Notes: a model not told the origin generated them from the letters alone. A stretch of 64,000 bases of DNA from Bacteroidota bacterium (GCA_040387735.1 JAZKDE010000056.1:4395-68394); one strand, 5' to 3'; counted from the first letter of the stretch, positions 1 to 9,798 are shown. Made by a program: numbers and translations.

Positions 1-195
1 GGAATTGGTATGAGTTTTGACTCATTTGCTTAATGGATATTTAAAATATAAGAATTAGGCATATTTCCGAACACCAAAAACAACACTCTGATTGTCAAAC
101 AATTAGCAATTAATACCCTGTATAATCAACGATTATCTGATAAATTTAACTTAATTAACGGACTCAAAACTCCCATTTATGCTTTTTAGCTTAGG

Positions 196-1680
196 ATGAA
201 GAACTACATTGACCTGATTGACCAAACGATTGAATTCCCGACGTTGGAGTTCAACATTGACCAAGACCATGAACTTTTGTTCAATAATGTGCCTTTAATG
301 GACATTATTCAGCAATATGGTACGCCCCTTAAAATTACGTATCTTCCCAAGATTGGCGAGCATATAGAAAACTCAAAGAGGCTTTTCAAAAATGCCATCA
401 AAAAGTACAATTACAAAGGAAATTATACTTATTGTTATTGTACAAAATCTTCCCACTTCAAGTTTATCGTTGAAGAGGTTTTGAGTCACAATGTTCACCT
501 CGAAACTTCGTCTGCTTTTGATATTTCAATCATTAGGGATTTACATTCAAAGAATAAGATTTCTAAACAGACTTATATTCTTTGCAATGGATATAAGCTA
601 CCCCTTTATACGCAGTATATCAGTGAGTTAATCAACGAAGGATTCAATTGTATTCCTATCTTGGATAACTTAAAGGAAATTGATTTTTACGATAAATTTG
701 TTACGGCAGAAACTGTAAATTTGGGTATTCGTATTGCAACGGATGAAGAGCCTGATTTCTCTTTTTATACTTCTCGTTTAGGACTCAGATATTCTGATGT
801 CATGGAATTATACAAGAATAAGATTGAAGGAAGCAGTCGCTATAAATTAAAGATGTTACATTTCTTTATCAATACAGGTATTAAAGATAGTGCCTATTAT
901 TGGTCAGAATTGAGCCGTTTTATTTACAAATATTGCGAGATTAAAAAAGTTTGTCCAGAACTTGATTCAATTGATTTGGGCGGCGGTTTACCGATACAAA
1001 CTTCGTTACAATTCAATTACGATTATCAATCAATGATTGATGAAATTGTGGAGTCTATTTCATGGATTTGCAATAAAAGTAACGTTCCTGTCCCTAATCT
1101 TTTCACCGAATTTGGTTCATACACCGTTGGAGAAAGTGGAGCTGTTTTGTACGAAATTATCGACCAGAAATTGCAGAATGACAAGGAGTTATGGTACATG
1201 ATTAACGGTTCTTTCATTACGCAATTACCTGATTCGTGGGGAATGAACCAGAAATATATCATGTTGCCAGTCAACAACTGGGGAAGTCCATACCAAAAAG
1301 TGAATTTAGGTGGTTTGACTTGTGATTCGATGGATTTTTATAATACCGAGGCTCACAGTTCCGATTTATATTTGCCCATTTACGAAGAAGCTCAAGAGCG
1401 TCAATTTGTCGGTTTTTTTCACACAGGAGCGTACCAAGAATCTTTGGGTGGCTACGGCGGAATTCAACACTGTTTAATTCCTGCTCCGAAGCACGTAATT
1501 GTAGACAGATTAGAAGATGGCACCATCACAACCCGTTTATTTGCTGACGAACAGGGCAAAGAAGGAATGATGACAATTTTGGGTTACGGCGACAAAGTGC
1601 AGGAGCAAGAAGAAAAAATCCTACTCATTAGTAAGGAAGATATGGAGTTGGCAGAGCAAATGTCTTTGGTTGAACAATAA
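196..1680 (+). CDS. speA: Type III PLP-dependent decarboxylase, arginine decarboxylase-like
   Basis: 494-aa ORF. The N-terminus (IDLIDQT..FP..EF......L.F..VPLMD.I.QYGTPLK.TYLPKI) and length resemble the short Bacteroidota arginine decarboxylases of Orn/DAP/Arg decarboxylase family 2. Substrate is assigned by family knowledge only. Confidence 0.6.
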   Translation: MKNYIDLIDQTIEFPTLEFNIDQDHELLFNNVPLMDIIQQYGTPLKITYLPKIGEHIENSKRLFKNAIKKYNYKGNYTYCYCTKSSHFKFIVEEVLSHNVHLETSSAFDISIIRDLHSKNKISKQTYILCNGYKLPLYTQYISELINEGFNCIPILDNLKEIDFYDKFVTAETVNLGIRIATDEEPDFSFYTSRLGLRYSDVMELYKNKIEGSSRYKLKMLHFFINTGIKDSAYYWSELSRFIYKYCEIKKVCPELDSIDLGGGLPIQTSLQFNYDYQSMIDEIVESISWICNKSNVPVPNLFTEFGSYTVGESGAVLYEIIDQKLQNDKELWYMINGSFITQLPDSWGMNQKYIMLPVNNWGSPYQKVNLGGLTCDSMDFYNTEAHSSDLYLPIYEEAQERQFVGFFHTGAYQESLGGYGGIQHCLIPAPKHVIVDRLEDGTITTRLFADEQGKEGMMTILGYGDKVQEQEEKILLISKEDMELAEQMSLVEQ

Positions 1681-1842
1681 GAAATTTGTGATTTTCGGTT
1701 TAAGATTGCAGTTTGATTCTTTTCAAAATCAGCAATCACGTAACCGATTGAAAATTAATTACTTGTAGAACAATAATTAAAAAGGTTTTTCGTAATTTTG
1801 TTGTGTAATTAATCCTTACACAACCCATACAAATACTGAATC

Positions 1843-1971
1843 ATGAAAAAATCAACCATCATTTTAGGATTATTAGGCGTTTTATGCTTGGCATCATGTG
1901 CCAGAAAAAATAATTGTCCTGCTTACGGAAGCACGAGCATAGAGAAACCTGCCTATAAAGGTAGAAATTAA
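1843..1971 (+). CDS. Small lipoprotein (42 aa), not in ORF track
   Basis: ATG at 1843, TAA at 1969-1971. Translation is MKKSTIILGLLGVLCLASCARKNNCPAYGSTSIEKPAYKGRN, with a signal peptide plus lipobox (LASC). A terminator hairpin follows directly. Confidence 0.45.
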   Translation: MKKSTIILGLLGVLCLASCARKNNCPAYGSTSIEKPAYKGRN

Positions 1972-1983
1972 GATATTGTAAGT

Positions 1984-2027
1984 AAAAAGGCGTTAGAAAT
2001 GAAACAAATCATTTTTAACGCCTTTTT
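1984..2027. terminator. Bidirectional intrinsic terminator (small lipoprotein gene / FKBP gene)
   Basis: A 10-bp stem aaaggcgtta/taacgccttt (1986-1995 with 2016-2025), flanked by an A-run and a T-run. Confidence 0.7.
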
Positions 2028-2065
2028 GTGTTTACTTTCCGAACATCGCAACTAACATCAATTTC

Positions 2066-2503
2066 TTAGTTAGTTTTCAATAACTCCACTTCAAAAATCA
2101 AAGTAGCTCCTCCAGGAATATCTGCACCCGCTCCACGCTCACCGTAAGCCAAATGATGAGGAAGATAAAATTTATATTTACTACCAGTTGGCATTAATTG
2201 TAAACCTTCAGTCCAACCCGTAATTACTTGGTTCAAGCCAAAACTAATTGGTTCATTACGCAAAACACTACTGTCAAAAATCACACCGTCGATGGTTGTT
2301 CCGTGATAATGCGTAAGCACTTTCGCTCTTGGACCGCTTGGTTTTGGACCATCACCTTGAACCAAAACTTCGTATTGAAGGCCACTTTCAGTCTCAATAA
2401 CTTCTGGTCTTTTTTTATTTTCTGCTAAAAAAGCTTTTCCTTTTTCTATTTCGTTCTTCATGATTTCTTGTAAATGTTGTTGTCTTCTTTCAAAAATATT
2501 CAT
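2066..2503 (-). CDS. FKBP-type peptidyl-prolyl cis-trans isomerase
   Basis: Classic FKBP C-terminal domain: GLQYEVL..G.G..P, VITGW.EGLQLM, YG.RGAG..IPGGATLIFEVELL. Confidence 0.9.
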   Translation of the reverse strand: MNIFERRQQHLQEIMKNEIEKGKAFLAENKKRPEVIETESGLQYEVLVQGDGPKPSGPRAKVLTHYHGTTIDGVIFDSSVLRNEPISFGLNQVITGWTEGLQLMPTGSKYKFYLPHHLAYGERGAGADIPGGATLIFEVELLKTN

Positions 2504-2728
2504 TGTACTTGTTAATATAATAATACGTTTTCGGCCCCAAAGATAAGAAATAATCCTGCTCTTTCCACATTTGTATTTTAGGGAAAAAGCAAATCAGGCA
2601 TCGTTCAAAATAGAGGTTATCCACTTTTAAAAGCACACAAAAATATTAATTGTTGGCTAAAACTATTAACTTAGAGTAAGTTTGAAAAACGAAATACTAT
2701 TTATTTCTAAACATTATTAAATCATAAA

Positions 2729-3853
2729 ATGTACGCACTAAAGAACGGAAAAATATTTACTTCTGAGGAAATTATTCACAATAATATTATTCTTATTGAG
2801 GGAGAAAATATCAGTAAAATCATTCCCGAAGAGAATGATGAAGAAATCGACCCTGACACACAAATAATTGATTTAAAAGGACTTAACATCTCACCTTCCT
2901 TCATTGACATTCAGATTTACGGTGGCGGAGGAAGTTTGTACAACTCAAAAACAACGGAAGAGACCATCCGTAAAACCTACATTGAGATTCGGAGCCAAGG
3001 GACTACTCATTTTCAAATAACACTTTCATCAACACCATTAAATAAAATTTTGGAGTCGATAGAAGTAGCAAAAGATTATCTCAAAAATGGCGGTAAAGGT
3101 TTAGCAGGATTACATTTAGAAGGCCCTTTTTTTAGCTTTCCAAAACGTGGAGCCCACGTAGCAGAATTCATTCGAAAACCAACTAATGAAGAATTACAAA
3201 CCATTATTCAAGCCTGCATAGGTTTACCAACCTACATGACGATTGCCCCCGAAGAATTTACGAATGAGCAGTTACAAATGCTTCTGGACAGTGATATTAT
3301 TGTGGCGGCAGGTCATAGTTCGGCAACTTATCATCAAGCAATGGATGCTTTTGGAAAAGGTATTAAACGGGTTACGCATTTATTCAATGCTATGTCGCAA
3401 TTTCAAAGCCGTGAACCTGGCTTGGTTGGAGCAACTTACGACTCCGATGTTTGGGCGAGTATCATTCCAGACGGCATTCACGTGGATTTTACGAGTATCA
3501 GGATTTCTAAAAAGGTGATGGGCGAAAGACTATTTATCATCACCGATGCCGTAACCAATGACACTTCTGGCGATTATAAATTTATTCACGCTGGTACACA
3601 TTATATCGATTTAAAAGGTACGCTTTCGGGTTCGGCACTTACGATGATTCAAGGCGTTAAGAATTGCGTTGAACAAGTCGGCATTTCACTCGAAGAATCC
3701 CTCAGAATGGCATCAACATATCCTGCCAAAGTTTTGAATTTAGATCAGCATCTCGGAAAAATAAAAGCTCATTACCAAGCGAATATGGTAATTTTTGATG
3801 ATAATTTTGTGGTGAAAGGCATTATTGAAAGTGGGTGCCTTGAATGGTTTTAA
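2729..3853 (+). CDS. nagA: N-acetylglucosamine-6-phosphate deacetylase
   Basis: 374 aa. Has the amidohydrolase pattern of NagA (HLEGPF, AAGHS, THLFNAMS, IPDGIHV, TDA). Confidence 0.85.
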   Translation: MYALKNGKIFTSEEIIHNNIILIEGENISKIIPEENDEEIDPDTQIIDLKGLNISPSFIDIQIYGGGGSLYNSKTTEETIRKTYIEIRSQGTTHFQITLSSTPLNKILESIEVAKDYLKNGGKGLAGLHLEGPFFSFPKRGAHVAEFIRKPTNEELQTIIQACIGLPTYMTIAPEEFTNEQLQMLLDSDIIVAAGHSSATYHQAMDAFGKGIKRVTHLFNAMSQFQSREPGLVGATYDSDVWASIIPDGIHVDFTSIRISKKVMGERLFIITDAVTNDTSGDYKFIHAGTHYIDLKGTLSGSALTMIQGVKNCVEQVGISLEESLRMASTYPAKVLNLDQHLGKIKAHYQANMVIFDDNFVVKGIIESGCLEWF

Positions 3854-3869
3854 CAGATAAAAATTACGA

Positions 3870-5015
3870 ATGAATATCACCTCAAAACAACCCAACACAG
3901 GAACCACTATTTTTACCGTCATGTCAAAATTAGCCGCTGATTGCGGTGCGTTAAACCTATCTCAGGGTTTTCCAAATTTCGACTGCTCGCCAAAATTGAC
4001 CGATTTAGTTACGCATTATCTCAAAAAAGGAATGAACCAGTACGCTCCGATGGCGGGAATTCAGCCACTTCGTGAGGTAATTGCTCAGAAAATTAGTGAT
4101 ACGTATCAAGTCAATTACCATCCTGATACAGAAGTTACCGTCGTTTCTGGAGCAACAGAAGCACTTTACGCTGCTATTGTTGCCGTTGTTCATCAGGGCG
4201 ATGAAGTAATTTTACTTGAACCCTGTTATGACTCTTACGCACCCGCCATTACGCTCAATGGAGGCACGCCCGTGTATGTAACCCTCACGCCCGAAAATGG
4301 CTATAAAATTGATTGGAATCTTGTAAAATCGAAGATTACAGAACGTACAAAACTGATAATTCTGAATACGCCACATAATCCAACGGGAACGGTTTTGAGC
4401 GAAGATGACTTAAAACAATTGGCTGATATTGTCAGAGATACCAATATTTTCTTAATTGGTGATGAAGTTTACGAACACATTATTTTCGATGGAAGAGAAC
4501 ATTGGTCTTTGCTTCGCAATTCCATTTTACAGGAACGAAGTTTTATCTGCGGTTCATTCGGGAAAACCTTTCACGTCACGGGTTGGAAAATCGGCTATTG
4601 CCTTGCTCCAAAAGCCCTTACCGACGAATTTAGGAAAGTACATCAATGGCTAACTTTTAGCACAGTCACGCCCATTCAATACGCTTTAGCTGACTTCTTA
4701 AAAGAACCTGATCATTATTTATCCATTCCAAAATTCTATCAAGACAAACGAGACAAGTTTTTAGATTGTATTAAATCTTCACGATTTACGTACACGCCCG
4801 CACATGGAAGCTTCTTTCAATGCGTTAATTATCAAGAAATTACCAATGAAAATGATTATGACTTAGCCATCAGACTAACCCGTGAAATAGGCGTGGCGAG
4901 TATTCCTGTTTCAGTATTTTACAATCAAAAAAATGACTATAAAACTTTACGGTTTTGCTTTGCGAAAGACGATGAGACTTTGGAGCGAGCGGGGGAACAG
5001 TTAAGTAAGTTGTAA
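3870..5015 (+). CDS. PLP-dependent aminotransferase (methionine aminotransferase YbdL-like)
   Basis: 381 aa with class I/II aminotransferase layout (LSQGFPNF, NTPHNPTG, SFGKTF with the Lys). Starts 17 nt after nagA, so likely co-transcribed. Confidence 0.8.
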   Translation: MNITSKQPNTGTTIFTVMSKLAADCGALNLSQGFPNFDCSPKLTDLVTHYLKKGMNQYAPMAGIQPLREVIAQKISDTYQVNYHPDTEVTVVSGATEALYAAIVAVVHQGDEVILLEPCYDSYAPAITLNGGTPVYVTLTPENGYKIDWNLVKSKITERTKLIILNTPHNPTGTVLSEDDLKQLADIVRDTNIFLIGDEVYEHIIFDGREHWSLLRNSILQERSFICGSFGKTFHVTGWKIGYCLAPKALTDEFRKVHQWLTFSTVTPIQYALADFLKEPDHYLSIPKFYQDKRDKFLDCIKSSRFTYTPAHGSFFQCVNYQEITNENDYDLAIRLTREIGVASIPVSVFYNQKNDYKTLRFCFAKDDETLERAGEQLSKL

Positions 5016-5077
5016 CGTTCTCCATGAATTAGGGTTAGGAGTTGGTTGAAAGCGATAGTATTATTTTAAAATAAAAC

Positions 5078-5458
5078 ATGAAAATCAAATACATATTACC
5101 ATTATTTTTTTTGGCAACAGCCTGCACAAAGCAACCCAAATTAGAAGGATTAGACCTTGAAAAATGGAAAGCCGACAAAGGGGGGTGTTCGGGAGAACGT
5201 ACCAAAACTATTGACAAATTGAAATCTTTGAAAGACGAAATTAAAGGGACGAGTTCTAATGATTTAGATGATTATTTGGGTAGACCAGATGTTCAGCAAT
5301 TAGCCGACCGTAACCAAGAATATTACATTTATTTCCTGGAAAAAGGTGTTCATTGTCAAACCTTACAAAAAAGGTCGGATGCTCAATCTATGGCTATTCG
5401 TTTCAGTGCAATGGGAATGGCAACCGAAGTTACCTTTCAAAGAGGTGTTCCAAAGTGA
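5078..5458 (+). CDS. Hypothetical lipoprotein
   Basis: Signal peptide with lipobox (FFLATAC). No family recognised. Confidence 0.5.
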   Translation: MKIKYILPLFFLATACTKQPKLEGLDLEKWKADKGGCSGERTKTIDKLKSLKDEIKGTSSNDLDDYLGRPDVQQLADRNQEYYIYFLEKGVHCQTLQKRSDAQSMAIRFSAMGMATEVTFQRGVPK

Positions 5459-5463
5459 TTACA

Positions 5464-5500
5464 ACAAAAAAAGTCCTCATGCAGTTTATGCGTGAGGACT
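5464..5500 (-). terminator. Intrinsic terminator for the TonB-like gene
   Basis: Stem agtcctca/tgaggact. The U-run is present only on the minus-strand reading (plus strand shows aaaaaaa upstream). Confidence 0.55.
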
Positions 5501-5536
5501 ACTAATATTTATTTTAAAGTAAGGATTTTCGACTGC

Positions 5537-6037
5537 TTAGAATTTGATTGGTAACACATAATACGATGCTACTTCAATTCCTTGGATTTTTGCTGGATTC
5601 CAAGACCCCATTTTCTTCACCACTTTGATAGCCTCTGCACTCAATTGTGGGTCAGAACTGCTGGCTAATACGTGAACTTTACTAATTTCACCGTAACGCT
5701 CAACCATAAATCTAACCAAAACGGTTTCGCCTTTTGAACCTTTAGGACGCACGATATTTTGACTGATAAACTTTTTCAAACCATCTTGTCCATCAGGAAA
5801 AGATGCGGGTAATTCTACATCATAATACGTTGAATCTCTATCAACTGTCATGTTTTTGAAGCGACTTGCACGAGCTTTGTCTTTGTCTTCAAGAAAACTA
5901 AGGTCATTATCTGCCTCTAATACACTTGCAATTAATGCTTTATCTTTCGCAGAAAAAGTGGTAGGGACCAAAACACTCTTTTGTGATTTGCCCGTGAATG
6001 CTACAAATAATAGCACCATCAATGTAAAATTTTTCAT
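5537..6037 (-). CDS. TonB C-terminal domain protein (energy transducer TonB family)
   Basis: The C-terminal 80 aa look TonB_C-like (FPDG..GL.KFI..N...P......G.V.V.F.V...G.I). I prefer the ATG at 6037 (MKNFTLMVLLFVAF, a signal-like start) over the ORF-track start at 6106. Confidence 0.6.
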   Translation of the reverse strand: MKNFTLMVLLFVAFTGKSQKSVLVPTTFSAKDKALIASVLEADNDLSFLEDKDKARASRFKNMTVDRDSTYYDVELPASFPDGQDGLKKFISQNIVRPKGSKGETVLVRFMVERYGEISKVHVLASSSDPQLSAEAIKVVKKMGSWNPAKIQGIEVASYYVLPIKF

Positions 6038-6440
6038 GACTCTTATAAGTTTTAAAATTTCCACAATTAAGAATTGAGAAACGTAACTACTTGGAACGGA
6101 AAACAAGATTGAATTAAAACAAACTTGGATTCTCGACTTTCATGGCGGTTTACGGTCAAGTAATCTTAACGTGAAAATTTTTCTTATTGCGAATCATAGC
6201 ATATAGAAGAACTTCACAAAGTAAGGATTTTCAAAAAGTATGCCAACTTTTTGTTTGGTATACAAAGATATAAAATTAGAAAGCATAAAACCAAGCTTTT
6301 TGCAAAAAATATTTTTTTCTTATATTCCTGAAATACAGACACTTAGATACATTCATCTAAATTTATTATTTAACAAATTAGTATTCAATTCATTAGTTTC
6401 AACGTATTCAAATTGGAGTTTTTTAATTTTAGATGCTCAT

Positions 6441-6486
6441 AAAAAAAGGGTTAAGGCTCTAAATTGATGCCTAAACCCTTTTTTAC
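6441..6486 (-). terminator. Terminator closing the hisA-hisF-hisIE-DUF360 unit
   Basis: Stem gggttaaggc/gcctaaaccc (one mismatch), flanked by A7 and T6. Lies 40 nt downstream of the 6527 stop. Confidence 0.7.
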
Positions 6487-6526
6487 CCTAAAATATAAAA
6501 ACAAATATTTGTACTTTTTAAAGAAA

Positions 6527-6871
6527 TTAGTCTTTATCCAAGAACCAGCCTACGACTGTTGAGAAGAAAGAAAGTACAAAACTGAAAATTAACGGTGGGA
6601 TAAACCCTTGAACACTAAAGCCTTTGATAAAATAAGCTACCAAATAAACCATAATAACATTGATGACTAACAAAAAAAGCCCAAGCGTAAGAATCGTAAT
6701 CGGAAAACTAATAAGTTTTAAGATTGGCTTCAAAAAAGTGTTAGCAAAGCCCATTGCCAAAGCCACTAAAATAGAAGTCTCGAAGGTGTCAATTTTTATG
6801 CCAGTAATGTACTTTGCCCCAAACATAATAATTACGGCCATCAATAAGTACTTAATTATGAAGTTTATCAT
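6527..6871 (-). CDS. Small 4-TM membrane protein, phage holin family IV / DUF360-like
   Basis: 114 aa with four hydrophobic helices, typical of the YvlD/DUF360 family. It is the last gene of the his-containing minus-strand unit and is followed by the terminator at 6441-6486. Confidence 0.55.
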   Translation of the reverse strand: MINFIIKYLLMAVIIMFGAKYITGIKIDTFETSILVALAMGFANTFLKPILKLISFPITILTLGLFLLVINVIMVYLVAYFIKGFSVQGFIPPLIFSFVLSFFSTVVGWFLDKD

Positions 6872-6895
6872 CTTTTTAATGTTAAGGTTTAAACA

Positions 6896-7495
6896 TTATT
6901 TTCCGTGTCTTTCACGAAGTACATCTATAATTTCATCAAAATCTATTCCTCTTTGTTCCAATAAAACCAAATAATGGAATAATAAATCAGCAGCTTCTCC
7001 TTTAAATAAATCATCGTTTGAGTCCATAGCTTCGATGACTAATTCAACCGCTTCTTCTCCTACTTTTTGAGCAATTTTATTTGTTCCTTTTTGGAAAAGA
7101 CTTGTCGTATAAGATTTCTCGGATGGATTATTTTTTCTATCACGAATAACCGCTTTTAAATGATTTAACCACCCTGCTTGTCCAGGTTCATTGGCTTCAT
7201 TCCAACACGTATCCGCCCCCGTATGGCACGTCGGTCCTGCGGGTGTAACCTTAATAAGTAAGGTATCTTCATCACAATCTTTCAAAATTTCTACTACGTG
7301 CAGAAAATTGTCTGATGTTTCGCCCTTTGTCCAAAGACGTTGTTTAGAGCGGCTAAAGAAGGTAACAACTCTTTCAAGTTCGGTCTTTTCAAGAGCTTCT
7401 TGATTCATATAGCCAAGCATCAGCACTTTGTCTGTTTTGGCATCTTGAATGACGGCAGGGATTAATCCGCCTTGTTTATTGAAATCTAATTGCAT
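6896..7495 (-). CDS. hisIE: Bifunctional phosphoribosyl-AMP cyclohydrolase / phosphoribosyl-ATP diphosphatase
   Basis: 199 aa. HisI part (GL.PA..QD......LM.GYMN.EAL..T, CHTG..SCF-like CHTGADTCW) followed by HisE part (KVGEEA.E..IEA). Confidence 0.93.
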   Translation of the reverse strand: MQLDFNKQGGLIPAVIQDAKTDKVLMLGYMNQEALEKTELERVVTFFSRSKQRLWTKGETSDNFLHVVEILKDCDEDTLLIKVTPAGPTCHTGADTCWNEANEPGQAGWLNHLKAVIRDRKNNPSEKSYTTSLFQKGTNKIAQKVGEEAVELVIEAMDSNDDLFKGEAADLLFHYLVLLEQRGIDFDEIIDVLRERHGK

Positions 7496-7619
7496 TCAGT
7501 ATTTTATATTTTCTAAAATTCAAATTTGATTAACCTATTATCTATCCTGATTAAGTGTTCAGTTTGATGATATTCAAATATAAGTGTATTGTTTTCTTTC
7601 CGTAAAGATACCAAAATTA

Positions 7620-8375
7620 TTATAACCTCATTGAAATCCCTTTGTCTTTCAAATAAGTTTTCAAATCAATAATATCAATTTCTTTAAAGTGAAAAATACT
7701 CGCTGCAAGTCCTGCATCAGCTTTTCCAACGGTAAAAACATCGTAAAAATGTTCCATTGTTCCCGCACCACCCGAAGCAATTATTGGAATGGATGAATTG
7801 GTCGAAATTATTGCGGTCAATTCATTGGCAAAACCAGCTTTAGTCCCGTCGGTATCCATTGAAGTCAATAAAATTTCGCCCGCTCCTCGGTCTTCCACTT
7901 CTTTCGCCCACGCAATGGTTCTCAATTCAGTTGGTTTACGTCCGCCATGCGTATGCACTACGTGTTCTTGCTCCACAAAACGAGTATCAATGGCTACAAT
8001 AATACATTGTGAGCCAAATTGCAGAGCGAGCTCATCAATTAATCCCGGTCTTTTTACAGCCGATGAATTTATCGAAACTTTATCGGCACCTGCATTCAAC
8101 AATGCTGAAACATCTTGAATAGAAGAAATTCCTCCGCCAACGGTAAAGGGAATATTTACATGACGAGCAACATTTCTAACTAAATCAATGAGTGTTTTAC
8201 GATTATCTACCGTCGCTGTGATGTCCAAAAAAACCAATTCATCTGCTCCTTGTTCGGCATAAATCGCTCCCAATTCTACGGGGTCACCAGCGTCACGGAG
8301 ATTGACAAAATTTGTACCTTTAACGGTTCGCCCATCTTTAATATCAAGGCAAGGGATTATTCTTTTTGTAAGCAT
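7620..8375 (-). CDS. hisF: Imidazole glycerol phosphate synthase cyclase subunit
   Basis: [20 protein letters not shown]... is the canonical HisF N-terminus. The ORF-track extension to 8408 is encoded by heptamer-repeat spacer DNA, so I use the ATG at 8375. Confidence 0.95.
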   Translation of the reverse strand: MLTKRIIPCLDIKDGRTVKGTNFVNLRDAGDPVELGAIYAEQGADELVFLDITATVDNRKTLIDLVRNVARHVNIPFTVGGGISSIQDVSALLNAGADKVSINSSAVKRPGLIDELALQFGSQCIIVAIDTRFVEQEHVVHTHGGRKPTELRTIAWAKEVEDRGAGEILLTSMDTDGTKAGFANELTAIISTNSSIPIIASGGAGTMEHFYDVFTVGKADAGLAASIFHFKEIDIIDLKTYLKDKGISMRL

Positions 8376-8383
8376 TATAATAG

Positions 8384-8474
8384 GCAATAAGCGGTAAGCA
8401 ATAGTCAAAAGTAAGGTTATTGACTAATGAAGTCATTCCGTTTCTTTTTAGCATATAGCGTACGGCATACAGCA
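8384..8474. repeat. Heptamer-phased spacer between hisA and hisF
   Basis: Hand parse in one phase: GCAATAA GCGGTAA GCAATAG TCAAAAG ... TTTAGCA TATAGCG TACGGCA TACAGCA. GCnnTAn-type units recur at 7-nt spacing. Confidence 0.5.
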
Positions 8475-9197
8475 TTACTTGTTAAATTCCGCCAATTGTT
8501 TTAGGGTAACTCTTCCTTCATAAATGGCTTTTCCGACTATTACACCAAAAATATTCATGTCGTTCAGCTTCACAATATCATCAAAAGTTGCTACTCCTCC
8601 CGACGCAATGATATGTAAATCAGGAAATTGGTCTTGCAAATTTTGGTATAAATCAAAACTTGGCCCTTGTAATAATCCGTCTTTGGCAACATCCGTTGAA
8701 ATAGCGTATTTCGCTCCCTTCTCAAGGTATTCACCCACAAAATCATAAACCGATTTGGTGGTGGCTTCTTCCCAACCCGAAATGGCAATTTTTTCATTCC
8801 GAGCATCCGCTCCCAAAATGATTTTATCGCCTCCGTAACTTTGTAGCCACCCTTCAAATAAGGTTGGATTTTTTACGGCAACGCTTCCACCTGTTACTTG
8901 TTTCGCTCCCGAACTAAAGGCTATTTCAATCATTTCATCCGACTGTACACCACCACCAAAATCAATGTGAAGATTGGTTTTGGTAGCAATTCTTTCGAGC
9001 ACTTTATGATTAACGATTTTCTTTTGCTTAGCCCCATCCAAATCCACCAAATGCAGGCGAGTAATTCCTGCATCTTCAAAAGATTTAGCAACTTCTAATG
9101 GGTCTTCGTTATAAATGGTTTTCTGTGAATAATCTCCTTGTGTAAGACGCACACACTTGCCGTCTATCAGGTCAATGGCTGGAATAATTTGTATCAT
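8475..9197 (-). CDS. hisA: ProFAR isomerase (1-(5-phosphoribosyl)-5-[(5-phosphoribosylamino)methylideneamino]imidazole-4-carboxamide isomerase)
   Basis: MIQIIPAIDLIDGKCVRL.QGDY, LHLVDLDGA and GGG(V)...: canonical HisA. Confidence 0.95.
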   Translation of the reverse strand: MIQIIPAIDLIDGKCVRLTQGDYSQKTIYNEDPLEVAKSFEDAGITRLHLVDLDGAKQKKIVNHKVLERIATKTNLHIDFGGGVQSDEMIEIAFSSGAKQVTGGSVAVKNPTLFEGWLQSYGGDKIILGADARNEKIAISGWEEATTKSVYDFVGEYLEKGAKYAISTDVAKDGLLQGPSFDLYQNLQDQFPDLHIIASGGVATFDDIVKLNDMNIFGVIVGKAIYEGRVTLKQLAEFNK

Positions 9198-9210
9198 GTT
9201 TTTTTATTTT

Positions 9211-9303
9211 TTAGGGATTAGAAGTTAGTAACTGGGGTAATTCTAAAATTAAGTAGATATGTAACGATTTTATAACCCCTAAAATCTAACTTTTAATCCC
9301 TAA
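9211..9303. repeat. Heptamer-phased inverted array / long hairpin between fur-family stop and hisA start
   Basis: TTAGGGA TTAGAAG TTAGTAA CTGGGGT ... AACCCCT AAAATCT AACTTTT AATCCCT. The outer 18-bp stem pairs 9211-9228 with 9286-9303 (one G-U). Confidence 0.75.
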
Positions 9304-9722
9304 ATAGCACAAGTTTTACAAACTCCTTGTACTAAAAGATTAGTTTCTACTCGCTGGTAGCCTTCTGGAAGAATAATACTTGGAATAATCACGTGGTCTA
9401 AACAAGTGGTCAGACCACAAGTTGTACATTTAAAATGTACATGGTCATGGTGATGCTGATGGTCACCTGAGTGACAATTATCTTTGCAAATGGCATATTT
9501 TACGCCACCCTCATCATCTAAAACTTTATGAATTAACCCTTTATCAACAAACGTTTTGAGCGTTCTGTAAACGGTTACTCGGTCGAATTGTTCGGTCAAT
9601 TGGGATTCTACATCCGCATGAGCAAGAGCATGAGATTTACTCATGAAAACCTCCAAGATTTCCTCTCTACAATCTGTTTGACGGAGTTTGTAGTCTTTGA
9701 GTATAGTTTTTACTTCGCTCAT
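9300..9722 (-). CDS. Fur family transcriptional regulator (Fur/Zur-type)
   Basis: 140 aa. Winged-helix N-terminus (R.T..R..IL), then a His-rich patch HSGDHQHHHDHVHFKC and paired CxxC motifs (CTTCG ... CKTC). Confidence 0.85.
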   Translation of the reverse strand: MSEVKTILKDYKLRQTDCREEILEVFMSKSHALAHADVESQLTEQFDRVTVYRTLKTFVDKGLIHKVLDDEGGVKYAICKDNCHSGDHQHHHDHVHFKCTTCGLTTCLDHVIIPSIILPEGYQRVETNLLVQGVCKTCAI

Positions 9723-9729
9723 ATTCTGT

Positions 9730-9792
9730 GGCTTTCGGTTTTTGGCTATCGGCGTTCGGCTTTCTCTTCAAAACGAAAAGCCGAACGCTGAA
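9730..9792. repeat. Heptamer-phased spacer upstream of fur-family gene
   Basis: GGCTTTC GGTTTTT GGCTATC GGCGTTC GGCTTTC TCTTCAA AACGAAA AGCCGAA CGCTGAA. Contains the 12-bp stem at 9752-9788. Confidence 0.7.
9752..9788 (-). terminator. Strong hairpin after the 9799-10239 membrane gene (no U-tract)
   Basis: A 12-bp stem gcgttcggcttt/aaagccgaacgc. Lacks a T-run on either strand, so terminator function is uncertain. Confidence 0.4.
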
Positions 9793-9798
9793 TGCTAT

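Noticed and set aside
6240-6467. 75-aa ORF in the 420-nt gap between the TonB-like gene and the DUF360 gene
   Set aside because: It is AT-rich low-complexity sequence with no signal or family features. It runs into the terminator hairpin at 6441-6486 and is more likely promoter/UTR DNA.
6527-6871. The phage holin family name as a sign of a prophage
   Set aside because: It is a single DUF360-type membrane gene at the end of the his unit. There are no lysin, capsid, integrase or att-like features nearby.
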